From positions 2,381,305 to 2,445,304 of the forward strand of contig MU054843.1 of NCBI GenBank assembly GCA_013239625.1: a DNA stretch of 64,000 nt. The letters run 5' to 3'. Both the position numbers and the translations under genes were made by a program. Positions 13,541 to 27,900 of the stretch are shown piece after piece (the first letter of the stretch is position 1; each line of letters starts with the position of its first letter). The notes beneath the pieces were generated by a model. It was not told the DNA's origin. It searched no databases and worked only from the letters and a program-made list of their open reading frames with translations. The stretch comes from Lama guanicoe. Taxonomy: Eukaryota.

Positions 13541-14981
13541 TGGTATATGTGGGCACTATTTTGAAAACTCGCTTAGGCCTTAGATGCTCCTTGTGATAAA
13601 TCTTGCTTCTGGGGACTAGATATTTGAAGTTTTCAGCAAACTCTAAAGCATGAGGTTGCCCTATTCACTGAAAAATACTTTTAAATAAGAGGGAATAAAA
13701 GAAAATAATTCTTCTTGCCAGTATTCCCCAAGTAGTTGCCATCAATTTAATTGGTCATGTGAGTACCATTTGAATTTCAGGGTCTGTCAAGAAATACAGG
13801 ATTCAAGCAGAAGATTTTTGTACATTTTGTAAGTATGCTCTGTTTATAAAACACGTAAGCCAAATGGAGCATTTCAAGTGAACTGTTCTGAATTTTTGAA
13901 GCATTTCTGACTTGATTAGTAATTGGAAAATGATTTTTAAAGCACACCTTTTTATAAAATACCTTTCATTAACTGAGTAAGACAGTAGTCTATAACTAAG
14001 TACGGTTCTCTCAACACATGAATGGTAAATATTTATGAGGAGCTAAGTGTATATCATCATAATAAATAAAATAGCATTTTACTCATGTTAAATTTATAGC
14101 TGAAAACCATAGATAACAAACTTGTATTTTTTAGACTTGTTTTCACTCTAGATTTTACTCTAGAAATACTTGTTAAAGTCTAGTATGCATCTTGACAGTC
14201 AGTATAAGGGATAACGGAGTATTAGATTTTGTGTTGGCCTCAGGAGCCTTCAGTCCACTTGGGAAAGGAAAACACACACATTTGAAATAGTTCATGAGCA
14301 GCACAAGGCCAATGATGCTGAATGGAAAAGACCAGTCGTGTAAGCACCACTCAGGGAAGGAACAGGTCACCTACATCAGAGCGATGGGAGAAAGACCATG
14401 GAGGACCATGGGCATTAGCAAGATGCTTAACAGACTGTCCCCAACCTGCGGACAAAGGTCTTTAAAACAAAGATGGAAGGACAATTGGTACAGGAAGGAA
14501 AGTAGGTGTACAGATGCAAGAATCTTGAGTGAACCTCCAAAAACTCATAAATACTTTCACATTCACTGAAATAAAAACTGCAATCCAAAGGACATTTTGA
14601 TTATTTAATCCTTTGTTAAATAGACGCTTAATCCTTAAATTAGTGTGAATGAGCAATGTGTTACTAATTTCCATTTATTCACCACTTGTCATAATCTTTT
14701 TGCGACAAAGTTACAGTGATTGGCTTGTACATCTGCTTTTGCTTTGCTTTGTAGGTAATATAAATGTTAGAAAGCAGTTACTGCTTTGAGTTTATAGTTT
14801 TTGATTCCTCAGCCAAAATTTTGATGATTTCATCTTTTTGACTTCATGGCGCAATCTTACCAATGCCTGGAGCTGTCATTCCCTCTGACAGGGAATGACA
14901 TTTCTCCTCATAGGAATATAGCTGAAAAGAGTAGTTTGTAGTTCTACGTTTGAAGTTAACTTAGAAATTACACAGGCTGGT

Positions 14982-15011
14982 GTTTGTTTTGTTTTGTTTT
15001 GTTTTGTTTTG
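14982..15011. repeat. (GTTTT)n microsatellite
   Basis: Direct reading. Confidence 0.9.
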
Positions 15012-16197
15012 TGTTTTTGAAAGCCAGAGTTGAGAATCCATGAGAGTTGCTATTTGGCCTCTATTTCTGTTCTCATCTTTTAGGTCCCTCTTTTTCATTT
15101 TTTCAAATAGTAGTGACTTGTATCAAAGAAGACTAAAAATTTCAAAGGTGCCAAATATATAGTTTAAAAACCATGTATTCTTGAATTTCAGAGAAGAGAA
15201 ATTTTTGATTCGACAGGATTTGCTTTATGTAGTACTTAATAATCTAGAAAGCATTTTCACACAGATTGTCTCATTTTCCCATCAAAATAGCTCTGTGAAA
15301 TGTGGTAGGAGATATTTTTATGTCTTATAGATGAGAAGTAAACACCTTGCCAAAGGGATCACTCGGCTCCAAACTGAGGTCAGGGTTCCTGAAGCTCATC
15401 TTTGCGCTCTTCCTAATTAACCGTGTTTATTACTGGCATCCCAGCTGGATGGAGAGCAGATGTGAGAATTACAGCAGACTAATGGGAAGAGTCAGTGAAG
15501 AGTCAGGTCCAGTTGCCTTGATACACTGTATCAGGGAGTCTAAATACCATTGAGAATCTGGAAGGAAAGAAGTCTGCCGTTGATGTAGTTGGCAATGGAA
15601 AAATCATTGTCAGCCCTTGGGTGAGTGACATCAGGAAAGTGGAGTTTTGGAAGCATGCTGGCAGCTGTATCAGAAGGATTTCAGTGAGAGGTAGAAAGCA
15701 AGAAACGTTAGAAGTCAGTTTTAGCAATTCTGACAAGTACAAAGGCCTGGAGAGGAGGAACGGAGAAAAAGAATGGATGGAAGAGACAGGATCTAGGAAA
15801 AAGCAATAAATTAGGAAATGAGAGATGCAATTTATATGTTGAGAATAACTTAATACAAATTGAGAATGATTTTCCCCTGGACTGTATTGGGGATCAATTC
15901 CAACTCCCTTATTCCTTTTAGGATTCTGGAAAGAGGGGACCAACTGAAGACTATGGTCTGGCAATGCTCTCTCTACACCAAGAAGCCTAAAAGCACATAT
16001 TTAGCCACATGAAGGGGAAATATGGAGCGGGGTGCTCTGGACCACAAGGGGACATGTTTGTGTACACACCTCACCATCCTGTAGAACTAGGCCTGCTAAA
16101 TACTGAGATCTGTAAGAGGATGGTTGTAGTAGTTCAGCAAGTCTTGTGTCTGTTTTGATGTGACTTACCATTTCCCAGATCTATCAGATTGTCAAGT

Positions 16198-16222
16198 TGT
16201 GTGTGTGTGTGTGTGTGTGTGT
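16198..16222. repeat. (TG)n microsatellite
   Basis: Direct reading. Confidence 0.95.
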
Positions 16223-16289
16223 ATGTATATATCCAATGCACTGTAGCCTGGGGAACACTGAAAACTCATCGCCTAGGATGGTAGCACTT

Positions 16290-17910
16290 TACCCTTCACA
16301 CCCTGCTTGGAAGGCACTGTCCACTGTGATGACTCCATCTCCCACTGTGGAGTCTGTTAGACTCCTAAACCTGCAGCTCTTGTCCCTGTCTCTCCCCTGA
16401 GCTTCAAATTCATGTGATCAAATACTGGCAAACAAGCATCTGTTCCTTGGTGCTCCTAGGATACCTCAAATAACTCTAACCAGTGTTCCCACCCCCACCA
16501 TTCGACTCTCCTCTTGCACTCCTCTCCAAGAACCAGTGAACCCCGCCATCCACCTGTTCACTCAAGCCAGGAGACAAGTCACCCCCATTCCCTCCCTGCC
16601 ACTCAGTCCCCACCAATCTATAGTCAGGTCATTTCAATTCCTCTTTTTTGAGTGTCTTGAGTGCATTCAATTTTCTTTTTTTTTTTTAATTTGTTATAGG
16701 ATGTGTTTATTTATTTACTTTGGCACCTTTATTGTATGATTCCTGTATGGTAAACTACACATATTTCAGGTGTACAAGTTGATGACTTTTGATAGATGTA
16801 TACCCCATGAAACCACCACCACAATCAAGATAGCTAACATTTCCATCACTCCCCAAGAGGTGCAATTTTTGAATTCCCAATTTATCCCTTCCCACCTCCT
16901 TCACCCTCTGGTAACCGTAAGTTTGTTTTCTATGCCTGTGAGTCTGTTTCTGTTTTGTAGATAAGTCCATTTGTGTCCCCGTTTTTAGATTCCACATATA
17001 AGCGATGTCATATGGTATTTTTCTTTCTCTGACTGCACAATTTTCTTGATCTCTCCTGTAACTTCTTCTGTTAACTTTTATGTGGTTTATATCATTATAT
17101 TCCAGTGATTCTCCTTGACTATTGAATACCAGGGCCCTCTCCCCAGAGCAGACATTCAGCTAGCATGTATGGGTACAGCCTTATGACTGTCAGGATTCTG
17201 GAAGTTAGGTCTGTGTTAGTAAAGAGACACTGCCTTGAGTCCCACATGCCCAGATGCAGCAACTAAAGGGTTAACTCTGGACACAGAAGACCCTTCTACA
17301 CTTTGGTCCCTACTAAATAGACTACTAGATATTTTTAATATCACCACTGGCTTGACCCCCCACCTTTCATCACGCTGAAGCTAATGTGATCTTTCTAAAA
17401 TGCAAATGTGATTTTAGAAACCCCTTACTTAAAATCATTCAGTGTCTCCCAATTTATCACTCCATAAAATAAAAACTTCTTGCTTCCCTCTTTCTTCTCC
17501 AGCCTCATTTTTCACCACCACCTCTGTGATCGTTACACTCAGCGTTGGAACCACACTGGGTCATTTGCAGTCAGAGGGCAGCCTGTGCGACTCACCTCCT
17601 CTCACTTGCTTTTTCTCTCTGCCTAAGACGGCTCCACTCCCCACCTCCAACTTTCACTCTTGGCCCTCAGTCAGTTTTCACTTCTTTCAAACTCTTGTAC
17701 TCCCAGTCTGGACCAGATGGTTCTTCTACATCTTCTCAGTGTGTTTGACCGTCACTTACCTACATTATCTCGCGCACAGTGAGAAGGTGGATTGACCTGT
17801 CTGCTGCTTTCTCCCATCACCCTCTTCCGTGCCACCAGGCACAGATTATTTCCATCACCCACAAGTGTTTGGCACTTAGTATGCTCAGACGAAAAGTAAA
17901 TTACAAATGT
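16290..17910 (+). mobile_element. L2 LINE interrupted by the chimeric L1 and a ~180-bp insertion
   Basis: Pyrimidine-rich L2 motifs (ctctcccctgagcttca…, tgatctttctaaaatgcaaat, ttggcacttagtatgctca). Confidence 0.65.
16678..17033 (-). mobile_element. Chimeric L1 insertion: young L1 3' segment (17033-16861) joined to an old L1M-type 3' end (16860-16690) plus poly(A)
   Basis: Poly-T at 16676-16687; TSD core CAATTTTCTT at 16668-16677 and 17038-17047; interrupts an L2. Confidence 0.7.
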
Positions 17911-20900
17911 CTGTCCGATGAAGGTGGTCTTCAAATAGTGATGTTCTAGCCAAAAAAATCTTATAATTGGCATTCATAGATTCATAAAGCTAAACAACTA
18001 CCCAGCAGGGGGAATATAACAAGCAAGGCTAACATCATCGTCATCATCATCGTGGGCTCCAGCTCCATCACCTGCAGGAAATGGAGAAATCCATGGATTT
18101 CTATTCTGTCCCCCTTGAATTATGTATTTTCATCTTCACGCTACTCATCTTGACTTTGGAGCAAGCAGTACCTGGATTAGAAGGTCATTTTGAGGGCCTG
18201 AAATGAAACATAAAACTGGATACTTACGTATTTATAATTTAATGTCACTAATTTGCATAACCAAAGGATCATTGCTTTACTAAATAATTACCTTAAATAA
18301 TGAGCTTCCTTAGCATATTTAAGAGTTCATTTACAGGTCATTAACTACTTGACATACAAGAAAGAGAGATACTTTAAGCTAAAGTGCTAATACTCATCAC
18401 CAATAAAACTAAATTAGTGATGGAATTAAGCATATCTATAATTATAAGTCAGTGAGGAAATAAGGTTCTTTCCAAAGGAATTGCATTCTTCTAACATGGT
18501 ATAAATTGCAGTGAACCTGAATTATATTACACACAGTTATCTGTGACATCTAACTTAATTTTTGCACCTTTGTAATTGGGACCATTTCGATTCTTTATGT
18601 GTTTCCTGGTTAACTTCTGGGATGCATATTTCTTAATAGGTGTAAGCTTACAGCATAGCCAATTTTCTAGTTCTTATATGCAGCAGCCGTGGAACAGTAT
18701 AGCTTTCTGCAATTTATTATTTGGAATCTTTTTCCTTGAGTTTTCTGCCTTTTGCAAATCTATCCATAATTCAAGGCCAATCTTGCGTACCCTCAAGTAC
18801 ATGAATACTTTTTAGATCACCCAGCCATAAGTGATGTCTTCTTGCTCCAAATTCCTGCAGTACTTTGTAGTTTTGGAGGACTGATTTATAGTTACCACCA
18901 TTACTTGGGCTTTTTGTATAAAAAATTGCATTCCTGAACATTACCTACACCACCAATAATCTTTCTTTGTTAATGTAATGCTTAACTTCATAAATTTAAC
19001 CTGTTAAACATTAAGTGTTTAATTTTTTAAAACCTTGCAATTAAATAATATTTAAATTATTATTAGTATTACTGAAAAAAGTGACAAAACAAAGAGTGAG
19101 TCCAGCCGCTTTGGGCTGAAGGTGACTGCGGTCTCTCTCCACTTCTTTCATCCTTTCTCCACTTCTGCTACCCAACCAGGGTGCTGTGGGGAAAGTAACA
19201 GGGAAGAGTCATCATTTATTACCATAAATAATGCAACAATTATTACCATATGTAATATAATAATTTAATGAATAAGAGAGCCACCATTTTCTTTCCATTC
19301 TACTTATGGGAGTTTCCACAATTTGTTGAGAGTGAAAGGGACTGTTCACATGTTAGACAAAAGGCAAGATACTAAGCTGCATATAGACATTCAAAGGGCC
19401 TCCAACAAATGCATGATTCACTTTGTAGTATATGAGAGTTTCTAAAATACGAGTAAGCAAATATTAACTCATAAACATATTGACTGTTCTGTAATGTCGG
19501 ATTAACACCTGTTTACAGGGATTGGGAATGCTATTTCAGCGTGCGTAGTTCCAAGGATGAGTACTAGGAAGAGGGCACCAGCACATTTCTCATCAAAATA
19601 GCAGTGCTGAGGGCTCACTGAGCACCTCATTTCTGTTCTAGGCATCTTCATTCCCAAACTCACCAGGTTGAAAACCATCTCTCATCCCCATGACATCCAC
19701 TAAGTCTCCAAAAATCGTCCTGTCTCCATCCAAAATATCTCTGCTCCCCTGCACTGCTACAATAAAGTGGGAGCCCTAATATTTTCATTTATCTCTTCAA
19801 AACACTTTTTTTCGTTTTAGCCTATGATATGTACCAGACTCTGTATCAGGTGTTCTTCAGATGCTCATCTTTCACTCTGAACAAGTGGTTCCTGCCTTAA
19901 AAGAGTTTACAATCTTTAAGAGAGTCCATATAGAGACAGTTACAATCCAAGATGCTGCATGATGTAATAATGGGTACATGGAAGGAAACCTCTCAGCGAG
20001 CCTTGAAAACCTCTTTGTCAGAGTGCTATCTACTCAGAAAGCCTATGGGTTCTCATTACCATATGGACCACACATCCTCGCAGAGCATTCAGGCCCCCTG
20101 TGAAAAAAACTAAACCATTTCTGTCTTTATTTACATAACACAAAATCACTTCACATGACTTTTATTTTCAGTCAAACCAGGTTCCCCATTAATCCCTGAA
20201 TCCACTAAACCTTGGACATTTGTTAATTTTATGTCTTTCTTCCCACTGTTCCTCTTTGATTCAAATCATTCTACCCATTCCCACTGTCAGATCAGTTAGC
20301 CTTAATCCTCTTTTCTTAAAAATCTCAAAGGAAATCCTGTCTCTTCTCCGAAGCCTATTGCCAGATGCAGTCTCCTTCTTCCATGCAGTTTCATAGCCAT
20401 TAACTCGAGTATTTCTTGTGGATTCCATCACATTCTGCTGTAGGTAACAGCACCAGGCTTGCCTCATTTCTTCCATTAGAATGGACTCTCCTCCAACTAA
20501 AATACTTTTTATATTTATTTTTGTTATCCTCCACCACCCTGAATAAGTTGGCAGCAAATATTTTTGAATGAACATATTGAGAGATATAATGTGAAAATAT
20601 TGCAGTCAAAAACAGTGTTATTGTATGCTATGGACACTCCCTTCAGTGACTGGTCTTCTACCACAATGGTACTAAACTACAAACTGAGCATAAATAATAT
20701 ATTGAAACCTTGTTTTGCAAATTCACTATAACAAAATGGTGGCTGTTTGCAAACAGGACCTAGAAATCCCCTCTGGAAATAAGAAAAATAACTGAACCTC
20801 AGCTCGGTTGTTTGCTGTGTTCCCGAATTGGTTTTGAAAATACAGCTACCTTGATACATTTTTCTTACAACCTGTTTCTCAGGTCCAATAGTAGAGTGAG

Positions 20901-23734
20901 GATTTCAGCAGCACAGTGGAGATGGCAGGAGGGGGCTGATGAGGGACCATAGAGCAAGGAGAGCCGGCAGCCAGTGGGGTGGCTGAGGAAAGAAGGGGAG
21001 GGGGAAAGGCCCCAGCAGGGGAGGTCCTGAGTGCACCAAAGACATCTCCTGGCTCATGTCACAGCCTGGCCAGGCCTGGTCAGGATTGGTGTGGTTGTTG
21101 ACTTCAGAAAGGAACTGAAGAGTGGAGCATAAACCCTGAAGCCTCTCTTTCCCTTAGGGCTGTGTAGCCTCATCTCTACTGGTCCCCCTCTGCATCCTTA
21201 GTAGCCATAAACTTCCTGTTTCCACCTCAGTATGAAATTCCCAGGAGACTTACAGGGACAGAAATTTCCTTTGACGTATTAGAGGAAGCTACTTCATTCC
21301 TTCCAGTATCCACAGGACTACTTCTTTATCTGTGGCCAGAAAAAAAAAGGGGGGGGAGGTGAGGAAAGGATTTTTAATAAGCTAAAGTCCCTTTACACAA
21401 CTGGAAAAGCCCTCAGAAAACCTGGAAAGATTAGCCATGTATTTTGTATTGTTTTGTTTTGTTTTTAAGTGACGTGGGGTGAGAAGGTGGGCGGGTGGCC
21501 TCTCATTCCTTATGGAGCCAACAGAGTAAAGGAGTCCAGCTCAAAAACAACAGGGAAGGTGGGAAGGCACGGGAGCCCTCTGAACCACGGAGAGAAATGC
21601 ACTATTCAGCCCTCCAGCTGAAGGGCTCACATTCACCCTGACTCTGTCCCACGCTTATTTCTCATGCTACTTTTTATAAAGAAAATTCAACTTTGTTTTA
21701 AATGCTTAGTAACTTACTTGGTTTTCCTCTACCCTCGGCTGCTATTACTTCTGTCAAGTCGTCTAGCTATTCAAGTCAAAAATACACGTCTATTCGTCTG
21801 TTTTTCCTATTATTTATCCATGTAAATAAGCATTTTGTTCAGCATGACAGAAACTTCACTTTACCCACTCCCCACCTCCACAACCATCCTCCAAGTCGTC
21901 TGTGTTGACCTATTTTCAAAGACGTCAATCTGGAAGGAGAGAAGGTGAAAGTTTGGCCCATGCTGGGTTGTGACATTGTTGACAAGCTGTCATCATCTTA
22001 GGATGTGCAGACAAAAAGCAGCAACGTGAGCACAGTTGAGGAATCCAGGTAACCATGATTTTCTATGCAACGACCAATAGACCTCACAGTCACAGGAGAT
22101 CAAAGTGAAACGGTTTAACGGCAGCCACAGCGATTGGCATGTGATGAAGACGGCCGAGGCAAGGAGTCAAATACGCAGTCCAGGCTACAAGGTACCAACT
22201 TCTCGTCACAACAGAACTAGCTAGTGTGTTCAGTCTGCCAAAGAAAGCCTGTAATTCATTCCTTAGCCCTTTGTTTTTCCCCGAAAGTGCAGAATGGGGC
22301 CCTGGGTAGAGTATGCACTGGATACTCTAATTAATTAGACTTTTTTTTTTTGTGGGATTTCTAAGCCCTGCATAATTTGACCTCCCATCAATCCAACCTT
22401 ATCTCCCACTATCTCCTCCTGCCAACACCCCAAATTCAGCCATTACTTTTTTCCCCTCATGTCCCTTCAACTCACCAGGAGTCTGTCCACTCTCCCGAGG
22501 GCCCCAAATTTCTCCTTTTGCTTACAAGTTTCTCTTCCTTTGACTTCCAGGTACCGATCACCAATCCCTTATCTGTAGGCTCAAGCTAAGCTCCACCTCC
22601 TCCATGATCTCTTTGCAGACTGTACTGTGAATTGTTAAGAGGTACTTCCCAAGGTTTTTTTTTTTTTTAATCTCCCTAATATTTTGTAAGGGCTCAGGGA
22701 GAAAGAAAATATTATTTATACTTCGAATTTCTGCAAAGTTCAGCATATAGCAAGTACACAATAAAAATTATTGAATAGACAAATTGACTTGACCAGTTAA
22801 TTGAACATTCAGAGAAGAGAAGGAGAAAGTTGGGGTTTGAGGAAGGCAGGCACCCATGTATACTTTTGTTTAAAGTTATCTCACTAGCATCATTATCATT
22901 TACATTGAGGTCTCTTTGTGTCTCCTGAGGCTAAGGCCCTGAAGCTACTCCTCTGTCTCGTGTGCTTAGTCCAGAACATGCTACAGAGAAGACACTCGAT
23001 ATACCCCAGTGAATGAGCCAGTTGCCCACTACGGGATGAATTAATAAATGAAAAGGGCAAGTTCACATTTGGGTCTGTAAGAATGCTACTCAAGCTTCTC
23101 AGGGAATTTGTTCTGTGTTGAAAATACTCCTACGGGCCCCAGAGGAACACATCCTTGGACCAGCAAGGATGGTTAGATTTGAGTGCCTGGAGGAAGGAAG
23201 GGGCAGGCCCTCTACTAAGCAAGGGGACCTACCCGAGGGCCCCCATGAGAGAGGAAACACGGGGTGTGCAAGCTTGAGAAGAGCATAGGTTTCTGTTAAT
23301 TTTATTCCCTTTTGTGGCCTTGATTTGCGTCTTGCTTTTGCTACTATCCATTCACTTTGAATTTCCCTTTCTCGTCTCTGTTTTCTCCTTTATCTTCTCC
23401 ATTCTCCCCTCTGACTCCAGTTATCCTGAAAGGCAAACCGAGGGTACCAGAGAGTGAGAGAGGCAGGAGATGCCCTGGAGGCTGAGATGCTGTATATAGA
23501 ACAGGTTTTGCCCATGAGTCAGGGCTGAAATTAGGGCTTGTTCTAATGGGATATAGTAAGCAACTTGAAGCATTTCACTGCATTTTAATCTCTTTAAAAA
23601 GCTAAGTAGCTACTGTGCTGTAGGTTCTCTGCTAGGCACTAAGTGCATACAAAGGGGAAGATGCCTCAGTCCGTGGCCCTGTAGGAAAGTTTTAATAAGA
23701 GTGATGTTGATGCCTTTGGTGATGTTATTGACAC

Positions 23735-23925
23735 AACATGCAAGGCACTCTTCTTACTTCACTTCATACTTACAATAACCTTTGAGGCTGACAGCATTAT
23801 TATCCCCATTTTACATATAGGAGAACACTAAAGCAGAAAGGCATAGGGATTTGCCCAAGGTTGTCTTTCAGTGAAGGGTGGAACCAAGGTCACCCAGCTC
23901 AAGCTCAGGCTCTTAACCACCCTGT
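23735..23925 (-). mobile_element. MIR SINE
   Basis: attattatccccattttaca…ttgcccaagg…ctcttaaccac. Confidence 0.65.
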
Positions 23926-24528
23926 GATTTTGTCTCCTTCACCCCTTGATCAGCCCAGTTCCAAGTACAGGATCAACATGCCAAAATGTTTGCTGAACTA
24001 AATCGCTTTGTACACGGTGTTTATGAAACCTATGCTCTTTGAACTAACTCTGGCATTTATAATGGCCCAGAAAAAGACCTTCATCGGTGAGAGGATCTTT
24101 ATAGAAAACGAGAAGAACAGCTGCTCACACAAATGCTACGCACAAGACTTAGATCGAGAGTGTTGCCAACAAGTTCAGCAGAATCTGGGAAATCTCTGCT
24201 CCAGAAGCACGTGAGGTCAGGTCCAGCACCCTATCACCTGCCCGGGCTGCGGACGCTAAATAACACTCCTCTCACAGAATGCTGAGTGCGGCATCTCCAA
24301 GGAGAGCTGTTGGGACAGGCTATATTCTGAAAATACATCGGAACAAAATTCAGAAATTGTCGCAACAATTCACATCTCCTGGAATAAATGACCTTGATAA
24401 TCCTCAGGACTATAAAGCCTTGGAATGGTGCCAGATTTATGAGGTCCAAAGCCTTGGAATGGGCTTGAAATGCAATGAAATGCTCATCTATTCCTGAGGC
24501 TGGGGAAGGTTTCGTTTTTGTTCACTTC

Positions 24529-24936
24529 TGTGCCAGGCCTGAGCATTCTGGCCTTGAGATCTGCTCTGCACTCTTCCACTCCTCCACGCTGCAGGGGAGC
24601 TGCGCCTCAGACATTTCTCCTGCTCCTGCAGGGGCTGCCTTCCAGCTGGACTTGACCTATGGGAAGCACTAAGAGGAGACTGGAGAACAGGAGAAGGGAG
24701 AAGGGAGAAGTCAGGCTATTTCTCCCTCCCTTTGCTCCTCCAGTGGCCTCTCCAGCAGAAGCCATTTCTCCTGCATGGCTCCAGCTAGCTCCTGCAGGAC
24801 AGGCTAGCTGGCAGGACTGACTGCTGGACTGTTCGGATTCACATCTCCTCAATCACCTGAGTAGCCAATACCCTGCACTGAATCCCCTCTGTTGTGAACA
24901 CTCAAGCTGCTTTCTATTTCAGACCTCGACTAATAA
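24529..24936 (+). mobile_element. ERVL solo LTR (LTR33-like) inserted in an L2 3' end
   Basis: TGTGCCAG start; acatttctcc…ccttccagctgg…gggaagcact…gagactggagaacaggagaaggg core; L2-like flanks. Confidence 0.6.
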
Positions 24937-25960
24937 AAATGCAGTATTCCCCCAAGTGTTGAACAAGCCTCACACATATTTATTGCTCATATATGTTAAA
25001 TGAACCAATGAATTAATGAGGGAGGACAAACAAATATATGGACGATTATAATATATACATTAGGGGTGATAAAATGGATCTGCACTATAGTAATACAAAA
25101 GAAAGAGAAGTTCTTGGTGTGTTGGAGAGTTTAGGGAAATTGAATTTTGGAGGAGAAATGCTCAGGTTGACAGTAGGGAACATGCTTTCTAAGAATCAGG
25201 AAACACAAGGAGATGAGAAAGAGAAAAGCAAGAGTGTTCAGAGATCAACTTAATATTGTTTCATGGGTTGGACATAAGATTACTGTCTGAGAACTGTGGA
25301 AATTGAATTAAAAGATGATCAGCTCTAGACTACAAGGGCCTCATGTCCAAACAGGAGTCCAGATTTATCCTGCAGCATCAATGAAAAAGTGCAAGCAAGG
25401 CAATTACATAAACACCCACACAAATGTGCTCCCCATGGCGACCATTCCAAAGCTGAAGCCAGGCCAGCAGTCTATGATTACTTAATTTCTACCTTCTTTT
25501 GTCTGTCTGTTTCTGTTACAAGAAGCAACTGCTGCTGAAATGTTTCATGGAGTTAGAAACGATTTTCAGGGACAGAGGATGCTTCAGTCTGAGGTGCCGT
25601 TGTGGATACTGATTAGCTGAGCCCCTCGGGGTCGGAGCTGCTCCGTGACAATAAACATCAGGCGCCTTCTGTTTTGTTTTTAACCACTGAGGCGTCATCT
25701 TATAATGTCAGAGGTGTGCTCTTCACCGCCTGCCAGATGGCTGCAATGTGCCAACTGCCTAAAACTCCACGACAACTGTCACGTACAGAACAGAATTATG
25801 TAGAAATCGGTAAAGAAACCGCAGGGAATCAGGAAGCTGTGGTTTTACAACCAGGTTAATCTGGAACCTTTGCAAAATATCCTAATACTTGTACCTCAGT
25901 TGCTGAAGCAACATCTGAGCCATTTAACTCGTGCAAAGGGAGCAGTAAAAGCAAATCATG

Positions 25961-26097
25961 GTGGGGGGAAGGGCATAGCTCAGCAGGAGAGTGTGTGCTT
26001 AGCGTGTACTGGTTCAATTCCTTAGTACCTCTGTTAAAAAAATGAAATTAAAATACATAAATAAACAAACCTAATTATCCCCCGCAAAACAGACAAA
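25961..26097 (+). mobile_element. tRNA-derived camelid SINE (vic-1-like)
   Basis: gggaagggcatagctcag…ggttcaattcc…agtacctc, A-rich tail with aaacctaatta; 14-bp TSD AAAAGCAAATCATG/AAGAGCAAATCATG. Confidence 0.85.
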
Positions 26098-26759
26098 AAG
26101 AGCAAATCATGATGAATATATGAAACACAGAGATTCTGGGGTCCCACCTGCTTTGAAAGGACTTTTACAAACATTTCACTGCCTCCTGACTCCTTGAACT
26201 TTAGATATGATTGGCTTAGATGCCTAGGTCAACACCTCTGTCCAAAGCCTCACTCAGATTTCTGTGGACTGCTCACGCGAGCAGGCCACCTTCACCTCCT
26301 GCATCCTGACATGCGCTGGGCTCCGTGTCATACATGCTTCTGCTCACACATGGAGCTCAGCTGTCCCCTCATTCTCCACACTTCCATCGTGGCAGGTGCG
26401 GCACTGCGACACCAAGGACTTGCACGTCTGCATTAGCAAGTTCTTGGGCCTCCCTGCCGCTCTGTCACTGGGCTTCCCTCACTGGCCCCACTTCAGCTGC
26501 CCAGGCCATCCTGTATCAACCCCACCAGGATACCTAACAAGGAATTTAAATCATCACATTTTCACCTTCTTAAATGGTTGCCTTTTTATTCTAGCTTACT
26601 CACCAAGTCCCATCTTAACTCCCAATAAGGAAAAAATTTTTTGAACAAGTTAAGGCAGCATAAGGGGTTAATGTAAGTGATTTATCATTGAGGCTACTTC
26701 TATGGTTTAAATCTCCTTAGGTCCTTGGTCCCTGGGGATGTGATGAAAACGGACTGCCA

Positions 26760-27900
26760 TCTCATTACTGCCAGGTTCCCCGCTCAGCCTCTGCAGACCC
26801 CTGCGCAAGTGGACCTCTGCCTGCTGTCGGAAGGAGTGGGAATTCTGACCTCCACCAGTGCCCCGCTGGCTGGCAGAGGTAAGAGTGCCTTGTAACTGCT
26901 CCTTACAACCAAGTCCACAGAGGGACGTTGTCCTCGTTCCCGGGGCCAGTGATGGAAGCCCTGACTACTAGGTATCCTCCGACACCGCCCCAGCGGGGAG
27001 TGGAAGGGACACGTCGTGACTGCCGGATGGCAACGGAAGTCTAGAGTCTCCACTAGGCCTCTGCTGGTGTGGGCGGGGTGGAGTCAGTCATTTTTTGGTT
27101 TTTTGGTTATGTGTGTGTGTGTGTTTTCTGTGATGCTTAGATAAACTAGAATCATTATTGTCTAAAAACCCTTTTTTTGCTAGGCTGTCCCTTTCCTGGT
27201 CCTTTGGCTCTTGTTAGGGCTTCATTTTTCTGTGTCTGTTGACATTTCTGGGTTGCTGGCTTCTTCAGCTCCAAGTCTGAAATATATCAGGGGAAAAAAC
27301 AAAACAAAACAAATCAAAACCCCCCAGATAACTCATAATTATTTTGTCCCTTGGATCCTCACTTCTCTAGCGAGTTTGCCTCCTCCTGCCCGCCTTTCCT
27401 AGACTTCTTACACCTTTTTCACATAGAATGTTTAGGGTTTTCAGTTGTACTTAGTTGAGGAATAGGGAAAATGTATCTACTCCATCTTCTGGAACATAGA
27501 AGTAGATTTATTTCTCATTTTTGGTGAGCTTTTTGGTTTTACTATTGCATTAATTTTCTATTTATGATCTTTACATATTCAACTATTCAATTAACATTGC
27601 TACTTTTATTTCATTACCTATTTATAGTTTGAGGTTATTAGCAATGTCATTTGGTTGCAAGTATTTTACCAGCTTTTTGATGGACTTTTAATTTTACCTG
27701 TAATGTTGAAATGTAGATGTTTGAATCTTTATGGACTTAAATCCATTGATGGTTTTCCCTTACATAAAACATAAACAGTCTTTCTCCATCCAAATATCAG
27801 ATAAATATTTGTACACAATTTCTTTTAGAGTTTTTTTAAATGACATCATGTTCTTTTACTTTTCATGCTTTTATCCACCTCAAATTAATATTTTTCTATA
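26760..27900 (-). mobile_element. Old L1M fragments (5'-end type, followed by ORF2-type remnants)
   Basis: gttgtacttag…gaataggg…tctactccatcttc motif of L1M 5' ends; T-rich degenerate L1 sequence after 27510. Confidence 0.55.
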
